Shown: positions 61,603-64,000 of the stretch, piece by piece
How positions within the stretch are numbered: position 1 is the first letter of the stretch
How the letters are laid out: each line of letters opens with the position of its first letter
The notes under the pieces: model-generated
What the model was told of the DNA's origin: nothing
Seen by the model: only the letters and a program-made list of their open reading frames with translations
Database searches by the model: none
NCBI RefSeq assembly: GCF_009914755.1
Contig: NC_060933.1
Reading direction: 5' to 3' (one strand)
Source: the human T2T-CHM13v2.0 reference genome, Homo sapiens
DNA length: 64,000 bases
Translations under genes and position numbers: made by a program

Positions 61603-62269
61603 TAAAGCTGTAACTTTCCCTGTAGCACTGCTTGGGCTACATCCTACAAATTTTGGTATGTTGTATTTTTATTATCTTTCAGTTTGAAATACTTTCAAAA
61701 TTTCCTTTCTTGTTACTCTACCTCCTTCCTATCGTTATGAATTTCATTTTAAGTTAACCTATTGGTATTTACTTAGCTATACCTCTTTGAATTAATAATG
61801 TGGTTGCCATAAGGACTGTTCATATACATCTTTATTTTTTCACAGTCTAGTTCGAGCTAACATTGTACCACTTTATGTAAAACATAAATACCTTGCACCC
61901 CTCCCCCTGCCCTATCTAAATGCATTTTTTATTGATGTAATAGGATCTTCTACCTATTCTACATATCCCATAATTTTGTGGATAATAACTCAGAAGTCAT
62001 TAGTTACAACAAAACAACAAAGAAGGGAAACTTTTTTTCTTCTTACTGAAAAAGGAATACACACAAACTTATTCTGCTTATCTTTAAACTTGTGTGTTTC
62101 AGACTAACTGAAGCCTCACAGCAGTGTAGGGTGGGGAAGTAGTTTAAAATTTTTTAATTGCCAGAACTTTTACATATCTCATTTGATCCCAAAAACTTTG
62201 GGGCAGATTATTGCCAGTTTAACAGATAAACCTCTCCTCTGAGCATCAGATCCATGTGACTTCTCATGA

Positions 62270-62970
62270 GTCTACCTTAACCACCTTATTTAAAATTGCA
62301 ACTCACTCTACATTTCTCCTGACTCTTGATTCCCCTCTTTTCCCATAGCATGATTACTTTCTAATCTATTATATATTTCACTTACTTATTACTCTTATTG
62401 TCTCCCTTTCTAGAAAGTAAGCTTGTTGAAGGTAGGGTTCCAGTTTGTTTTTTGGGTTTTGTCCCCAGTCATATACTCAAAGTGACTAGCATGGTAGGTG
62501 CTCAGTAAATATTCGTTGCCTGAATGAGTGTCCATTATTTCCATCTGGGTGTTCTGTAGGCATCTCATATTCCATCCTCCAGTGTCATCAGTCATCTATA
62601 CAGGTACCCATACCAGAAATATAACTGTATTCTTTCATAATCACATTCACTCAATTTATTCTTTGAATACATATTTTAAGCATCTGCTACAGACCAGGCA
62701 CTGGGTTACAACAGTAAAACAAAAATCCCTACCCCATGACTGTCCAAGGAATCTTGGGGGAGACAGACAATAAATAAGCACATCTATCAGGTGGTGCTGA
62801 GGAAAAATAAAAATAAGGCAGGATAAAAGGTCAAGATGGGCATCTCTGACAAGACTTTTGGGCCAAGACCTGAGGAAAGTGAGGGGGGGCAAATCATGTG
62901 ATCCTAGTCAGATGTAATAGCAAGTATGAATGTCCAAAAGTGTAAAATAGCAAAAGCATGAGCAAAGGAT
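62270..62970. mobile_element. L2 fragments in both orientations
   Basis: TAGAAAGTAAGCTTG...GTAGGTGCTCAGTAAATATT; CAGACCAGGCACTGGG...AGACCTGAGG. Confidence 0.6.
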
Positions 62971-63884
62971 GGCAAAAAAACAAAAACAAAACAAAACAAA
63001 ACAAAAACCCAGTGCTGCCTTTTCCTCAATGTTTTGTTTTGGGTAGTGTCTGTTTCTTCAAGTTCACTAGTTCGTTCTCTTGTACCTTATCTGCTGTTAA
63101 CCCCACACACTATTTTTTCATCCTACACAATGTACTTTTCATCTCTATTTCCATTTGGGTCTTTTTTTCTATCTTCCAAATCTAGGTAACTTTTTGAACA
63201 TATGGAATACAGTTATTCTGTTTTAATGCTCTCTGCTAATTCTGACATCTGTGTCAGGTCTGGTTTGGGTTCACCTGATCTTTCTCCTCTCTATGGGTCG
63301 TGTTATCCAGCATACCTGGTATTGTGTTTGTCAGCATACCTGGTAGTTTCTGATCAGACACCAGATATTTTTTTACTTTGTTGGGTGCTATTTTTGTATT
63401 TCAGTAAGTATTCTTGAGATTTATTCTAGGATGCTGTTAAGTACATAGACATAGTTTGACCCATTTGGATCTTGCTTACAAGATTTGTCAAGTGGGACCT
63501 GAGCTTTTTTAATCTAGGGCTAATGACTCCACATTACCAAGGCAAGACTTCTCTGTACCACACCTAGTGCCCTACACATTTTGAGGTTTTATAGTCTGGG
63601 TGTGAGAACAAACACTCTGGCCCTGTGTGGGCCCTGGCTACTGTTCTGATACTTCAGGTGCTTTTTTTCTCTGGCCATGGTTTGTTTTCTCACACATGCA
63701 CTGATCAGTAGTACTCTGAAGATTACTCAAGGGGCACTGTCCTCATATCTCCAGTGTTCTATGTGCAGCTACCAATGTTTGTATCATATTGGTTATTAAA
63801 ATTTTAATAAGTGATTGTGTGGATAAGGATATGCAGAAACAGATGCTCTCTTTGTTTTAAAGTGTAAGTTAGTATAACCTTTTA

Positions 63885-64000
<116 letters not shown>

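Noticed and set aside
63308-63345. CAGCATACCTGGTA duplicated
   Set aside because: Trivial 14-bp local duplication within an old L1 fragment.

Overview
Human (hominoid) genomic DNA, very repeat-dense: roughly 60 Alu/FLAM copies, several L1s including a near-full-length old L1MA, plus LTR and DNA-transposon relics. The only intact protein-coding gene is the two-exon C9orf40 on the minus strand (exon 1 CDS 57088-57513 + exon 2 CDS 52949-53107 = 194 aa) with a CpG-island promoter. From recall, this places the window at 9q21.13 between TRPM6 and CARNMT1. Also present are a tRNA-Asp(GTC) copy at 8170-8241 and a processed pseudogene of RMND1 at ~39946-40790. Almost all ORFs in the track are Alu- or L1-derived noise. 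I see no convincing new multi-gene system. The best observations are retrotransposition fossils: (1) the tRNA-Asp copy, with apparent pre-tRNA leader and trailer, is fused to an Alu inside an Alu-tRNA-Alu cassette bounded by one 16-bp TSD; (2) the RMND1 copy runs past the exon donor into apparently intronic sequence, suggesting a short intronically polyadenylated isoform; (3) a ~50-bp ultra-truncated SVA with a perfect TSD; (4) an Alu-Alu recombination duplication with a visible chimeric Alu. Repeat family names are from recognition of consensus motifs and their boundaries are approximate.
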